Shown: positions 19,950-31,246 of the stretch, piece by piece | Position numbering within the stretch: the first letter of the stretch is position 1 | Layout of the letters: every line of letters begins with the position of its first letter | Program-made: the position numbers and the translations under genes | The notes under the pieces: model-generated | Told to the model about the DNA's origin: nothing | The model's input: only the letters and a program-made list of their open reading frames with translations | Database searches by the model: none | NCBI RefSeq assembly: GCF_000315625.1 | Contig: NW_005434481.1 | Span: 1 to 64,000, forward strand | Length of the DNA: 64,000 nucleotides | Source: Guillardia theta CCMP2712 | Taxonomy: Eukaryota; Protista; Cryptophyta | Direction: 5' to 3'

Positions 19950-22492
19950 GGAGGACGGGGCTCTCCTCCCGACTGGGTCTGCAAGTGATTCAGCTATGGC
20001 TTGCGCTTGCACATGACTGCTCTGCCAACGGTGGTGACTCAAATCAATGGGTAACGCTTCAGAGCTCGGCGAACTTCCCTTGACTTTCGCCTGCTTCAGG
20101 AGGCCACAGTGAAGATCGATAACAAAACGAATACCAAGTACCATGATGGCGGCATGGTGGTACTGGGGCCGACAATCGTCAGGTCTACTCCGCGCAGGTT
20201 GATCGAGCGGCGAAGTTCATTCTCCGGGGGCGGCGTAAGCACGGAGGCTGAGCGTCACTTGAAGTCCGGTATTCCTGGCGCCATGATGAGCTAATAATGA
20301 TTGAGTCACGGGCATGCCACGGTACGGTACCGGGTACTACCGTTGCTCACTGGAGTCCGACGGTCACGCTCTCTGAAGGAACTGAGGCGATGACTAAGGG
20401 AGAACCGGGACTCGGAATCACTACTGGCTAGTAGTACTGAGACTCCCGTTAGTATTAAGTTCAAGTACTATAGCACAGCCTTCCTCACATCCGACTGGCC
20501 CCCACGCCGGTGGCAGGAATACTGACGTGACCGTCGGAGGCTATCATAGTACTAACCGTTGAACGGTCATGACACTCAGCCGAGATCCGATGATCCGATC
20601 GGACACACTGTCACTGTGACAGTGAGAGACGCCGCCGGGCCGGCCGCGGGCATCCGATCAGATGATAATGTCACTGAGTCAGGCTCCGCATCTCAAGGCC
20701 CGACCGTCGGAGAGTTTCTGCCTAGTAGGACTCGGCGCGGCCCGGGAGCGGCCCGAGCATGACGGGCCCAGTCCAGCCGGGCCGCCGGGACCGTACGTCG
20801 GGGGCCCGGCCAGCCTGCCGGGCCGCGGGCTGACCGTACCGTAGTACTAACGTAGGGTGGTAATTCTTGGGACCCACCCCACATGAGTTCTTTCAAATTA
20901 GTTTGATCCACCCCTATACGTTTCCTTTTCCTGAGCTACTCTTTCACCTACCCCACCCTATCTCCTATACACTACCCACCTTACTCAATCATACAGGCGG
21001 CCCCCACCCGACGATGCAACAGGCTGGAGACCGTAAGGGCTGGGGTAGTCGACTTTGAACAGAAGCTTGGGAGGACCGGGTCATTTAGAGACAAATGGAT
21101 GGGTGGCGATCATTCGTCAAATCAGGAAACTACTAGCGAGGGTACTGAATGGGAGGGTAGTACATTGGAATTTGTGGGTAGGGTGGCATGAAGAAGAGCA
21201 GTGTCGGAAACATGGGGGTGGATGACGAAGAGGTGGTATGGAACAGGGGGTGCACCTCCAGAAGGAGGGGTGGCCTTTGGCAGTCGGGTGGGAGGTGGGA
21301 AAATGAAAGTGACAAGGGAGTAGATAGGATAAATCAATTAGAGGTCCAATTAGTAAAGCACATACCATCAGACTTCAGGATCTGCATTACATATCGGGTG
21401 TAACAAGGAGGATGAATGGGGTAGGAGAAAAGTGGGTGGGTCTTTGCATCCCCTACTTTTTAAAGGGGTGATGAGGGCAACAAGTCCACGAAAGGTAGGG
21501 TAGTGTATAATAAAACAAGGGGGTACTACAAGGGAAAAGTGGGGTTATGTTCCACATGAGGTAGGGTCATCAATAAGCCGGGAAAGGTAGGGTAGGGTCA
21601 CAGGGATCCAATGGCGGGATGCGAGGGTGGATTGGTGGGGAAGACGAGAATGAAAACGTGAGAAACAAGGAAGCAGGCGACACGCAAGACATAGTTGAAA
21701 GAACCAAGATCAACCCCACCCCAAATCTCATGGCCAAGCCTGCAAGAAAACCTGCCTTATAGTTGCTTTGATCGTAATTGCACTGGAATTCGTAAGAGCT
21801 GTGTCAGAATCCACATGGTCTGAAATTCCGGGATCTATCTGACAGACATGACTACTTGAGGATTTATCGTTTTGACCATAGGCAATGAACTACAAGATGT
21901 TTTGTGAGTCGTGTTAGCCAGATTGAAATTTACTAGGGAATAGTTGTAACCTGATCTATTCACAGTGCAATGACTAATATGCACGATTGTGCGGATAAAA
22001 ACAGGTCATGATGATACAGGCATAGAAGCGATCTTGCTGTCTAGATGGTTGACCTTGAATTCTCACACTGCCCTATTTATATACACTGCGAGACCTGAAG
22101 AAACAGTGAATTTGTGATGTGCCACTCCCATGCCGTGTTGTTGGTTGAAAGATTGTTTTTCATGGACTTGTTCATTCATATCATATTCACGCCAGTCGAA
22201 ATTAATTCTTTACACTGCAGACTGATCCTAAGATTGAATTTGGATGTTCATGATGATGGCTGCTGTAAAAGCGAGATATTGCTATCCTGCTAATTTGCGA
22301 TCCTAAGGTGACCTTTCTCTTCCTTCTTCGAAACCGAGTCCCATTCGCTTTGTAACGTCTGTTTTGATTTTTCTGTCTGGCAGAAAATCAGGATTCAGAT
22401 CAAGCCATATAGTAATGCTCCGACTCTTGGATTCTGTTGCTTATCCTCTCATGTAGGTGTGAACCTGGTTGCCTCCGTGTACACGCACAAGC

Positions 22493-25400
22493 ATGGAAAT
22501 GCAGGGTGGTGATGGAAACACCAACAAAAACATTTCAGAAGGTCTGAGTGGTGCCATGTCGGATCCAAAGTTTCCCAAACAGGGTGGCGTTAGTGGGCTC
22601 GCCTCACACGAGCATTTGCCTGCGCCTGCTCTTCCACCAATGTCTACAACCATGATGGGAATTTCCTTTCCAGGAAATCAGTCAAAGCCTCTTCCGCAGG
22701 GACAGAGCCAGGTCATTGCTCCTGCTAGCACGGATGTCAGCTGAGTGCTTGGCAGGCCTTGTCTAAACCCCTTCAGTCAACCCTCCCGGGACTCCAGGCC
22801 TCCAACATTGCCAGTCCTTTGCCTGGTGTGAAGCCTGTGATGCACTCCGGCGGACTTGCTGCTGGAGGAAATTTGCCGCAAACTTCTTCACAGCCGCTCC
22901 CTGGATCCTTGTTGCTGGGGTCCCATGCCCTTCCTCAGGCGTCCATAGGAACTTCTTTGCTTGCCAGTCAAAGTGGTCCCCTTCAGACACCCCTCCAGCC
23001 TCTTGCGCAAGTGGTTGACTTATTGCATACGATTCTCTGCATGGAAGGTGATGGTTTGCTCGCAGGTTCAAACTGCAAACTCTGGACTGCAGACAGCGGC
23101 GCTTCAGTCTCAAGGGCTCTCGACGCTAAAGCCAATTACCACAACACAAACAAATACAAGTGCTACAAGTGCGCTGAATCTATCAATGCCACAACCTTCT
23201 GTGCAATTGCCAGCACAGACTTCACAGAGCTTGGTGATTGTTATATGCATGATTGGTCAAGATTGAGTCCTAACCTCTTCTTTGAAGAATTCAACGATTT
23301 CCATGTCTGCAGGACCAAATTTTCATGTCCGGGTAAATTTTGCGTGCGTATTGGTTTGGCTTGTTGACGCAGTGGTGTAGGTGAGCCAAGGCAATTCGAA
23401 ATCACAGAACGAGCAGAAGAAACAGGTTTTGATTTTGTCTTGGTCTCCCTTGTAATAACAATGCAAAAGTTGAAGGAGACTGATGCTCTCGACTATCTCA
23501 ATCAAGTGAAGAAGCAGTTTGGGGACAATCCAGAAATCTACAACAAATTTCTTGACATCATGAAAGACTTCAAATCTCATGCTATTGATACCCAGCGGGT
23601 GATAGAGAGGGTTTCGAAGTTGTTTCATGGCCATCAGGTTGGCTTGCTACATCTTGTTTTAATCCTAGTCCAGTGAATGATTCACCAGAGTCTCATTTTG
23701 GGCTTCAATACATTCCTTCCTGCAGGGTATAAGATCGAAGTACGACCGGCTCCTGCACAGGTTCTTAGATATTCATACTTCAGGTTGATGACGATTTACA
23801 GCAGCAACCTCCTGTAGTGCAGCCTCCAAAGAAACTTGCGACACCAGCAGCTCAGAATAAGAAAGCTGCGCCTGAATTCGATCATGCTTATTCTTATGTC
23901 TCCAAGATCAAAGCAAGATTTGCCAATCAGCCCAATGTCTATCAGCAATTCCTCCAGATTTTGCAACGATACAAGGATGAAGGGTATGCAATCGCACAGG
24001 TATGACTTGTATCGATCGCTCGCTTGTGTTGAGCGCATGATGCCAGGTCAAAGAGCAAGTTGCAGAGTTATTCGCTGGGCACGAAGATTTGCTGGGAGAA
24101 TTTGGAAACTTTCTTCCGGATCCTTCTGCTAACAAACCATCCGGCGTCTCCGGTGCAGCCATGCCTTCGAAAGCAATGAAGAAACCGAAGGTGAATGGAC
24201 TTCCTCGGCATGGTCTTGTGCTTGACTATGCCCTCGTCCCAGCCTTCTGCAACCCAGCCAGGGCAGCTGTCTGCCTCACATCCAACTCAGCAGGTGTCAC
24301 GAGCAGTGCTTCTGACCGTGATAGGCAGTCGGTGAAACCTGTGATTGGCAGAGCGCGAACATGATGGGGCAATTTACAGCCGGAGTATCAACCTTGGCAA
24401 ACCAGTCTTCTGCCTCCAACAACCAAGCTCAAGGGCAAAATGTGTGATACGTTCGCATGAAACTTGATGTTCTGACGCTTTTGCTTCAAGGATTCCTCGC
24501 AATCTGCTACCAATTCATCCACGGTAAAATCACCAATATGCTGGTCTGCTGCTGAAAATTTTGTCAGGCAAAGTCATCGAACAAGAAGCCCGCTGAGAAA
24601 AAGCCAGAGCCAATGCCGGAAAATACGAAGGAGGCTGCTTTGCTTGAAAAAATCAAGAAGAAGTTGTCCACGCAGGTGCAACTCGTATCTTTCTATCGTT
24701 TTTCTCAAGCTTAGGATGATGCAGGCTCCGAATTGCTACACTGACTTTCTCAAGTGTTTGAGTTTGTACGTTCAAGACGTTCTGACGGCGAATGAGCTGA
24801 TCACACTGCTGGAAGATCTGATGGGAGGTGTGCTAACTTTCATGCCACCTGTCGTACGGCTCTCATCCTGATCTTTTCGTTGCAGGCCCTGGTTTTCGTG
24901 AGTGCTTTGAGGAGCTCAAGCATTACTTGGGGATTCGAGATGGGCCTAACAACAAGTACAAGACGAACGTACCGATCAGCGAGATTGATTTCAGCAACTG
25001 TGCTTCCATGGGCACAAGCTACAAATGTCTGCCGGCCGATTATCCATTGCCGACTTGTGCGGGACGTACGGAGCTTTGCGATGAGGTATGTCAAGTGCTG
25101 CTCCTTTTGCCCATTTGCCTGATGCCGAAGTCTTCTTGCTATCAATCTTACGTGTCAAATGTGAACCGCCTAGGTGCTAAACGATGAATGGGTCTCCGTG
25201 CCTTCTGGTTCAGAAGATTATAGCTTTACACATTACAGAAAGAATCAGTATGAGGTTGTTGGTGCTGGAAGTATGGTGCCGTGAACGTCTGACGTGCGTC
25301 TAGGAGTCGCTCTTCAAATGCGAGGACGATAGGTTCGAGCTCGACATGCTTATCGAGACCAACGCGTCAGCCATCAGGGCGATGGAGCCTCTGCTGGAGG

Positions 25401-28400
25401 TCACCTCGCTCCCTGAAATGGAATGTGAAGTGACTAGAGCGTCCAGGAGTGCGACAAGGACAGAAGTCGATCAGCTAAGATCAACATTTCATCGCTAAAG
25501 GTGAACACCAAATCCTTAACATTGTCAGCCCGTTTAAGAAATGCTCTAGGCCATTCACTACAAGGCGATCGAGCGAGTTTACGGCGACCATGGGCAAGAA
25601 ATTACTGAGCATGTCAAACGCGCTCCCCGTGTGGCTCTCAGTGTCGTCCTTCCACGTTTGAAACAGAAGGATGAAGAATGGAGGAAAGCCAGGAGGTGGA
25701 CCCGATTCATTTCGCTGTCTGCTCCGAGTTGCTCTGAAACTATTGCTAGGGACATGAACCGCATCTGGCGAGAGGTCTACAAGGACAACTATTATAAATC
25801 TTTGGACCATAGGAGGTGGGACACTTGCATGTATACATTGCCCCAATGACCTTCTTTCCAGTTTCTACTTCAAACAAATTGACAAGAAGGGATTGAGCGC
25901 GAAGAGCTTCTTGGGAGAGATCAAGCAGAGTCAGGAAGTTGGTTCAAGCAAGGAGGAGTCTCCTTACCTTGTTTTCTCCCTTGGAAGGAAAGACATTCAT
26001 CAAGATATCCTCGAAGTTGTCGGCAAGAGTGCGGCAAACAAGTTGATGGAAGGAGCCGAGGCGCGAGTTCGCAAATTCTTCCACATCTTCCTTCACGTGT
26101 TCCTGGGCCTGAAGAAGCGATGCATTGACGACGTTCGGGCTCGCGCGAGGATGACGACGAAGAAGGAAAGAAAGTCGGATCAAGACAAAGACAAGGATTT
26201 CCTGAACCTCAGGAATCGTAGTCTTTCCAAAGAAGATGAAGAAGCGAAAGACGAAGACGAAGAGATGAAGGAAATGAATGACGACGAGAAAGAATCGACA
26301 GAAACCAAAACGGTTGGTGACGATACGGATGAAGGCGAAGAAGTTGCCAAGACAAACAGGGAGCAGGTTGAGAAAGTCAAAGATGCTGAGGATGAAGATG
26401 AAGAAGAAGAAACGGAGGAGGAGTCAGAAGATGAGGACCATGACATCTGGCAGTCAGTTCACAGGTGCACACAGATATGAAAGTTCCTGTAAGCTAACAG
26501 CATCTCGTTAGTCTTTCGACAGAGTTTCTGCCTCTCAAGACTTATGCTGAAGAAAAAGTGAGGTATACCAGGTTGTGACATTACGATTAAGTGCAATCAA
26601 CAGAATGGACAAGTTGATGACATCATGTTCTCTTCATATCCCAAGGCTCAAAGGTTGTCTTTGTTGTTGGATGAATTTATACCCACCCGTTGCAACTCAT
26701 ATGCGAACTCTACTTCTCTCTTGTGTTCTGCGTCATCAAAATCATGATGATGCTTTTTACCTGGCTTCTTCTGACACGAATGAAACAACAGCGGAGTTCA
26801 CGTATTCTACGGAAATCTGTCCTGTTATGTATTCTTTCGCTTGTATCAAAAACTTTACGAGGTCTGCCTTGAGACCTGAACGTGATCCATCAATTTTGAA
26901 TGGCTTGCAGCGCTTGCTGAAAGCAAAAAATCTCGCCAACGAGATGTCCAAGGTGATTCTTTTGGTGGTTACAGTCGAGGTTTGACTCTCAACAGCGCGA
27001 GGAGGAGGTAGAGATCAACAGGGATCAAGAGCCAAAATCAGGAAGCCAAACAGCCGAAACCGGTAAGAGACTCGCTGACCCCGTGCCTCGCCGGCTCCTC
27101 ACAGATCATCAGATGCACCATGTGCTGAGCAGGAGGGCAGCAAGAGCGCTGAAGCGATCTACAAGAAGTTCATGAATATGCTGATCCAGCTGGTGGAGGA
27201 AGCCATCGATACCTCAAAGGCATGCGGAGAAATGAGAAATGAGGCACGGTAACTTGCTGTGTATCAGTTCGAAGATGATTGCCGGATGCTCCTTGGAACT
27301 AATTCCTATGAGCTTTACACGCTTGAGAAGGTAACACTCCTATCCCCTCTTGTTGTCTACTCGAGCGTCTTCGTGCTTCGTGTCGCTCTCTCATCCTCCC
27401 TCAGGTCGTGGAGAAGCTTCTCGGTCAGGTCCAGTCCATCACCTCGGAGTCGAGCACCCAGACAGGCGCGCGGCACCTTGCTCTCATGGAGTACGAGTGT
27501 CTCCGCACTGACGCTGAGAACTGGGAGGTGCTCGAATCTCGTGCTCCCGCTCGGCCCAGCTGACATCTCAATCTCAGGACATCAGCCCGCTCGACTACCT
27601 CGGAAACGCGTCCTGTCTGAGCGGAGAAGAGGTGAAAGAGACAAGCAGTGAGAGGGGAGAGCTGACGAGGAAGCAGGGCTGCTTCGCTTTCTTTTACAGC
27701 ACCAAGGATGAGAAACTAACAATCGCGCTGCTAGACGTGAAGGAAGGCGGCAAAGCTGACACCCGGTAACTTACAGCAGTTGTTGAGCGTCGAGGGCTGA
27801 TTTTGTCATGATAGCAACGAAAGGAAACGAGAGGACTGGATTGACGATCTCTTGTCTACAATAGCTGATTCAGATGCTGTCGACAAGCGTCCGTTCCTGA
27901 CCCGAAGCCTGAATAAGTGTCTCGACAAGTACGGGAAAGAAGAGGAGAAGTTTGTCCGCATTGGGTGACTCCACCTTTGCTTCTCGCTCCCGTATCTGAC
28001 CCCCCACAAGCTGCATGGAGATCAAGTGCAGCGACAGCCGCGTCTCGTTCGGGCCGGTAGGGCTGGGAGCATGCGAGCGACTCGTTGACTTGGTGCAGAT
28101 GACCAACGAGTGTCAGTACCGACGAAAATTCTCCAGGGACGCCTCCTACTACTCGACCTCGAGGTCGATCGTGATGGGTCAAGGCTGTCGACTGATCCCC
28201 CTCCTTCCCCTGCAGGCGAGCCAAGAAAGTTGCGGCATGGCAGGAAGAGCGTCTGAAGAAGATCCCTGAAGAAGCTGCCGCTGAGGCTGCGCGACTCGCC
28301 GAGCTCGAGGTGAGCAAAACCTTTTAGCTGCGGCTGTTCTGATGACTTGGTCAGGCGGCTCAGAGAGCAGAAGAGGAGGAGGAGGTGCGATGGTTCGTAA

Positions 28401-29190
28401 GGTAAAGGAGTGCTGGACTGATGCGTTTGCAGGATGATGAGAACGAGGAAGATGAGGAGCAGGAGACAGGAGAGAGGGAGGGTGAGTCGTCGTCGCCCGT
28501 GCGTTTATCTCATCACGTGAAATGGAGCAGATGAAGAAGGCGAAGGCGAAGGCGATGCAGAAAACGAAGCTGAGGCCGAGGAAGAGGGAGGCCTTGATCA
28601 GCTCGTGAAGGCTGGACAGCATGAGAGCGCCGTGAGCAAGGCAGCAAGTGAAGCACAGGAAGAGGTAGCGGCTACCATGATGCATACGTCGTTTGACTGC
28701 AACAGCAGGAAAAGTCGGAGCCCATGGAGGACGTGACGTCTGAGAAGAACGACAAGGAGGAGGCAGGAGAGGAGGCCAAACCTGCCAGCAAGAGACCCAG
28801 CAAGACGAAGAGAGCGGAGGAGAGCAAGGAAAGTAAAGAGTCGAAGCGCGCAAAGAGGGAGACAAAGGAAGCCAGCAACGATGAAGATCCTGCGAATGCT
28901 CAAGAGGTGTTGGAGGCGGGGAGGAAGTAGCTCAGGCTCATTGAGTCCTGCAGGAGTCAAAGGAGGAGGAGGAGGAGAAGGAGGATGCAGTCAAGGTACG
29001 GGATGACTCGAGGACCGCGTGCTCCTTGACTTTAATTTGCAGAAGGACAAGGCAGGCAAAGACGACAGCTCGGAGTCCAAGTCAAGCAAAGAGGTAAAGC
29101 TCTTTGCTCCTCGTCCGCTGTCTGATCTGCCTTCAGAGCAAGGAAGCCAGCGCTGCTCGAGCCTCGCGGAGCAGCAGAAGACGAAGATGA
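22493..29190 (+). CDS. SIN3: Sin3 corepressor (paired amphipathic helix protein), many short introns
   Basis: PAH1 [25 protein letters not shown]; PAH2 [24 protein letters not shown]; PAH3 [11 protein letters not shown]; HDAC-interaction domain [46 protein letters not shown]; C-domain [10 protein letters not shown]. Ends approximate. Confidence 0.92.
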
Positions 29191-29668
29191 AGATTTTGCA
29201 TACCTCGAGAGGTTTCTCCGCCTTCCTCTTGCCTTTCCAAGACACAATGACCGTAAGATTTTCGCATGGTTATCAACAACATCAGCTCTATCCCCATCAT
29301 CTTCATAATATCTTGAAGAGAAGCTGTATCTGAAATGTCTTCAAGCTTTGATAATTTATGAATACATTTATACTGACTCATCTTCTTTTCCTGTCCGTTC
29401 CCGTTCCTTCTGCTTCAACTTTCCTTTTCTGCTGTTGCCGTCCGTCGCCGTGTCGCTTTGTCTCCGTTTCTCTCTTCCAACAGATTCTGCTTAGTTTGCC
29501 GATTTAACCAATTCCAAGGTTTGTTGGGATGAGATTGGCATGGCAATCATCTCTATGCCGAATATTCGAATTCATCAACGTTTGGTGTTGGTCTTCAGAC
29601 AGGAGAAGAAACATTGGAGCGGATACCATCTTCATTTTAACAGCAATTTATTATTTCTATTTCACATC

Positions 29669-31246
29669 TTACAACCAGAACGGATTTTCTACTTGCATCC
29701 ATCCATCATCAAAGCGCTGCTCCTTTCTGGCAGCATCCTCAAAGAAGAAGTCCTGCCCTCTCCTCATCCAATCATTCGACACATCTAGTTTCACATCCCC
29801 CATCACATTCGCTTCAGCATCAGCGGGCCTTGAAGCACAAGTCACGGGCTCTGGCGATCCCGGGGAGTGCGGGCTCGAGGTCTTGCTGGCATCATCCTTG
29901 GCTTTCTTGGCTGCATACTTCCTATGAATCTTGCGCACGTAGGCATCGTCGTAGTGGCCGGGCATGCCGACCTCGGGGTTCTTCTTGTAGGGCCACCGGC
30001 TGACTCCCAACTTGCGACAAGCCTTCTTCATAGCCGTCGAAGAGATCCCGAGACGCTTAGCAGCCTCAGTGAGCGAAGTGTCGGAGTACATGTCGAGGAT
30101 CTCCAAGGTAATGCAGACAGGCCCGGTCGAGTCCTTCATCTGCTGCCCGGCTTTCCTTCTTGGGATCACTGTAGAGACGGCACCATTGCTGGCAGACTCC
30201 ATCGAGTTGAAGTTGAGAGACATTCCGTGCATGTCTGGAACCAAATTCTCCATGCCCATCATCATGGAGTTAGAAGGGAGCAAATTGTCTGTGTAGGGAA
30301 CAACATTGGGAGCAAACGAAAACATCTGTGGCTTGCTCTCGAACATCTCCTGGGGAGCAGGCGGCATTGCAGTATTCATGTGCACCAAATCACCGGTATT
30401 ACGCATGTAAGGCATTTCTGCCGGCACTTCTTGCGGTTGCGACCATTCACATTTATCGTAGGCAGGATTGAAGATTGCCATCATGTGCGTAATAACCCCC
30501 ATTCCATTGACAACCGGATAAACCTGAACGTCGCAGAAGACCTCAGTACAGTCGATCGTTGAGGTAAACATGCTGCCGAACTGGCTTGTTCCATATTGAG
30601 CTTCATTAAACAGGCTGGCCCACACGGAAAGATCTGTCCTTGGTCCTTGAATCATTCTCAACGTGCGCCCTCTGATCTGATGGTCGGAGATACCATAGAG
30701 GTATGTAAATGCTGAACTGACGTACTCAACGTGAAACGGTTGAGAGATGCCCAAAACAACCTTAGCCATCCCGTCGTCAGCCATGGCGGCCTTGCTGTAT
30801 ACCACGTCTGCAGGTTTCATGGTGAGCGAGCAAGCGACAGGCTCGTTGTTCTCCAGGATTGGCTTGGAGTTGACAGTGAGCACAAGATAGTTTCCGGAGC
30901 TGGTGTACATAGTAATCGCAGCCTTGGACTCCTTCCCCATCAATGCGGCTTGAATGAGCATGCTCACTTTTCGTACGTCTGTAGCAGGCCCCTGAATCAG
31001 CTTCAAGCTTCTTCCCGCGACTTCCTCTCGTGAAAGCTTGAAGAGATCGAGCCACTCCTGACTAACGCGAAAGATCTTATGAGGTGCTGTCAGGCCAACA
31101 ACCAGTGTAGAGACTCCAGTTTCGAAGTCGATGGCACCGTTGTAGTTCTCCATAGTTTCAATTGCAGCTGGCTGGAACGGTCTCTCAGCTGAATACGCTG
31201 AGTTTTCCCAGCCAAAGTTTACGCTCTGAGGAAAAATTGTTTCCAT
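29669..31246 (-). CDS. RWP-RK transcription factor with two N-terminal PAS/LOV-like domains, single exon
   Basis: ITLEIL..SLTEAAKRLGISSTAMKKACRKLGVSRWPYKK. Two repeats, VSQEWLDLFKLSREEVAGRSLKLIQGPATD and VSSAFTYLYGISDHQIRGRTLRMIQGPRTD. Confidence 0.88.
   Translation of the reverse strand: METIFPQSVNFGWENSAYSAERPFQPAAIETMENYNGAIDFETGVSTLVVGLTAPHKIFRVSQEWLDLFKLSREEVAGRSLKLIQGPATDVRKVSMLIQAALMGKESKAAITMYTSSGNYLVLTVNSKPILENNEPVACSLTMKPADVVYSKAAMADDGMAKVVLGISQPFHVEYVSSAFTYLYGISDHQIRGRTLRMIQGPRTDLSVWASLFNEAQYGTSQFGSMFTSTIDCTEVFCDVQVYPVVNGMGVITHMMAIFNPAYDKCEWSQPQEVPAEMPYMRNTGDLVHMNTAMPPAPQEMFESKPQMFSFAPNVVPYTDNLLPSNSMMMGMENLVPDMHGMSLNFNSMESASNGAVSTVIPRRKAGQQMKDSTGPVCITLEILDMYSDTSLTEAAKRLGISSTAMKKACRKLGVSRWPYKKNPEVGMPGHYDDAYVRKIHRKYAAKKAKDDASKTSSPHSPGSPEPVTCASRPADAEANVMGDVKLDVSNDWMRRGQDFFFEDAARKEQRFDDGWMQVENPFWL

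Larger units (their letters stand above)
7165..20330 (-). mobile_element. Tandem array of a ~5.4-kb unit (CR NTPase-nuclease gene, 36-bp VNTR, GC-rich spacer); ~2.5 units
   Basis: Period 5407 bp between ORF ends 10768 and 16175. Partial unit at 7165-10767. Homology decays after ~20300. Mobility is inferred from the dispersed inverted copy. Confidence 0.7.

Noticed and set aside
8422-20144. Long ORFs across the arrays (204-375 aa, both strands) as genes
   Set aside because: A stop-free 36-bp unit keeps several frames open, and no frame can be chosen from sequence alone.
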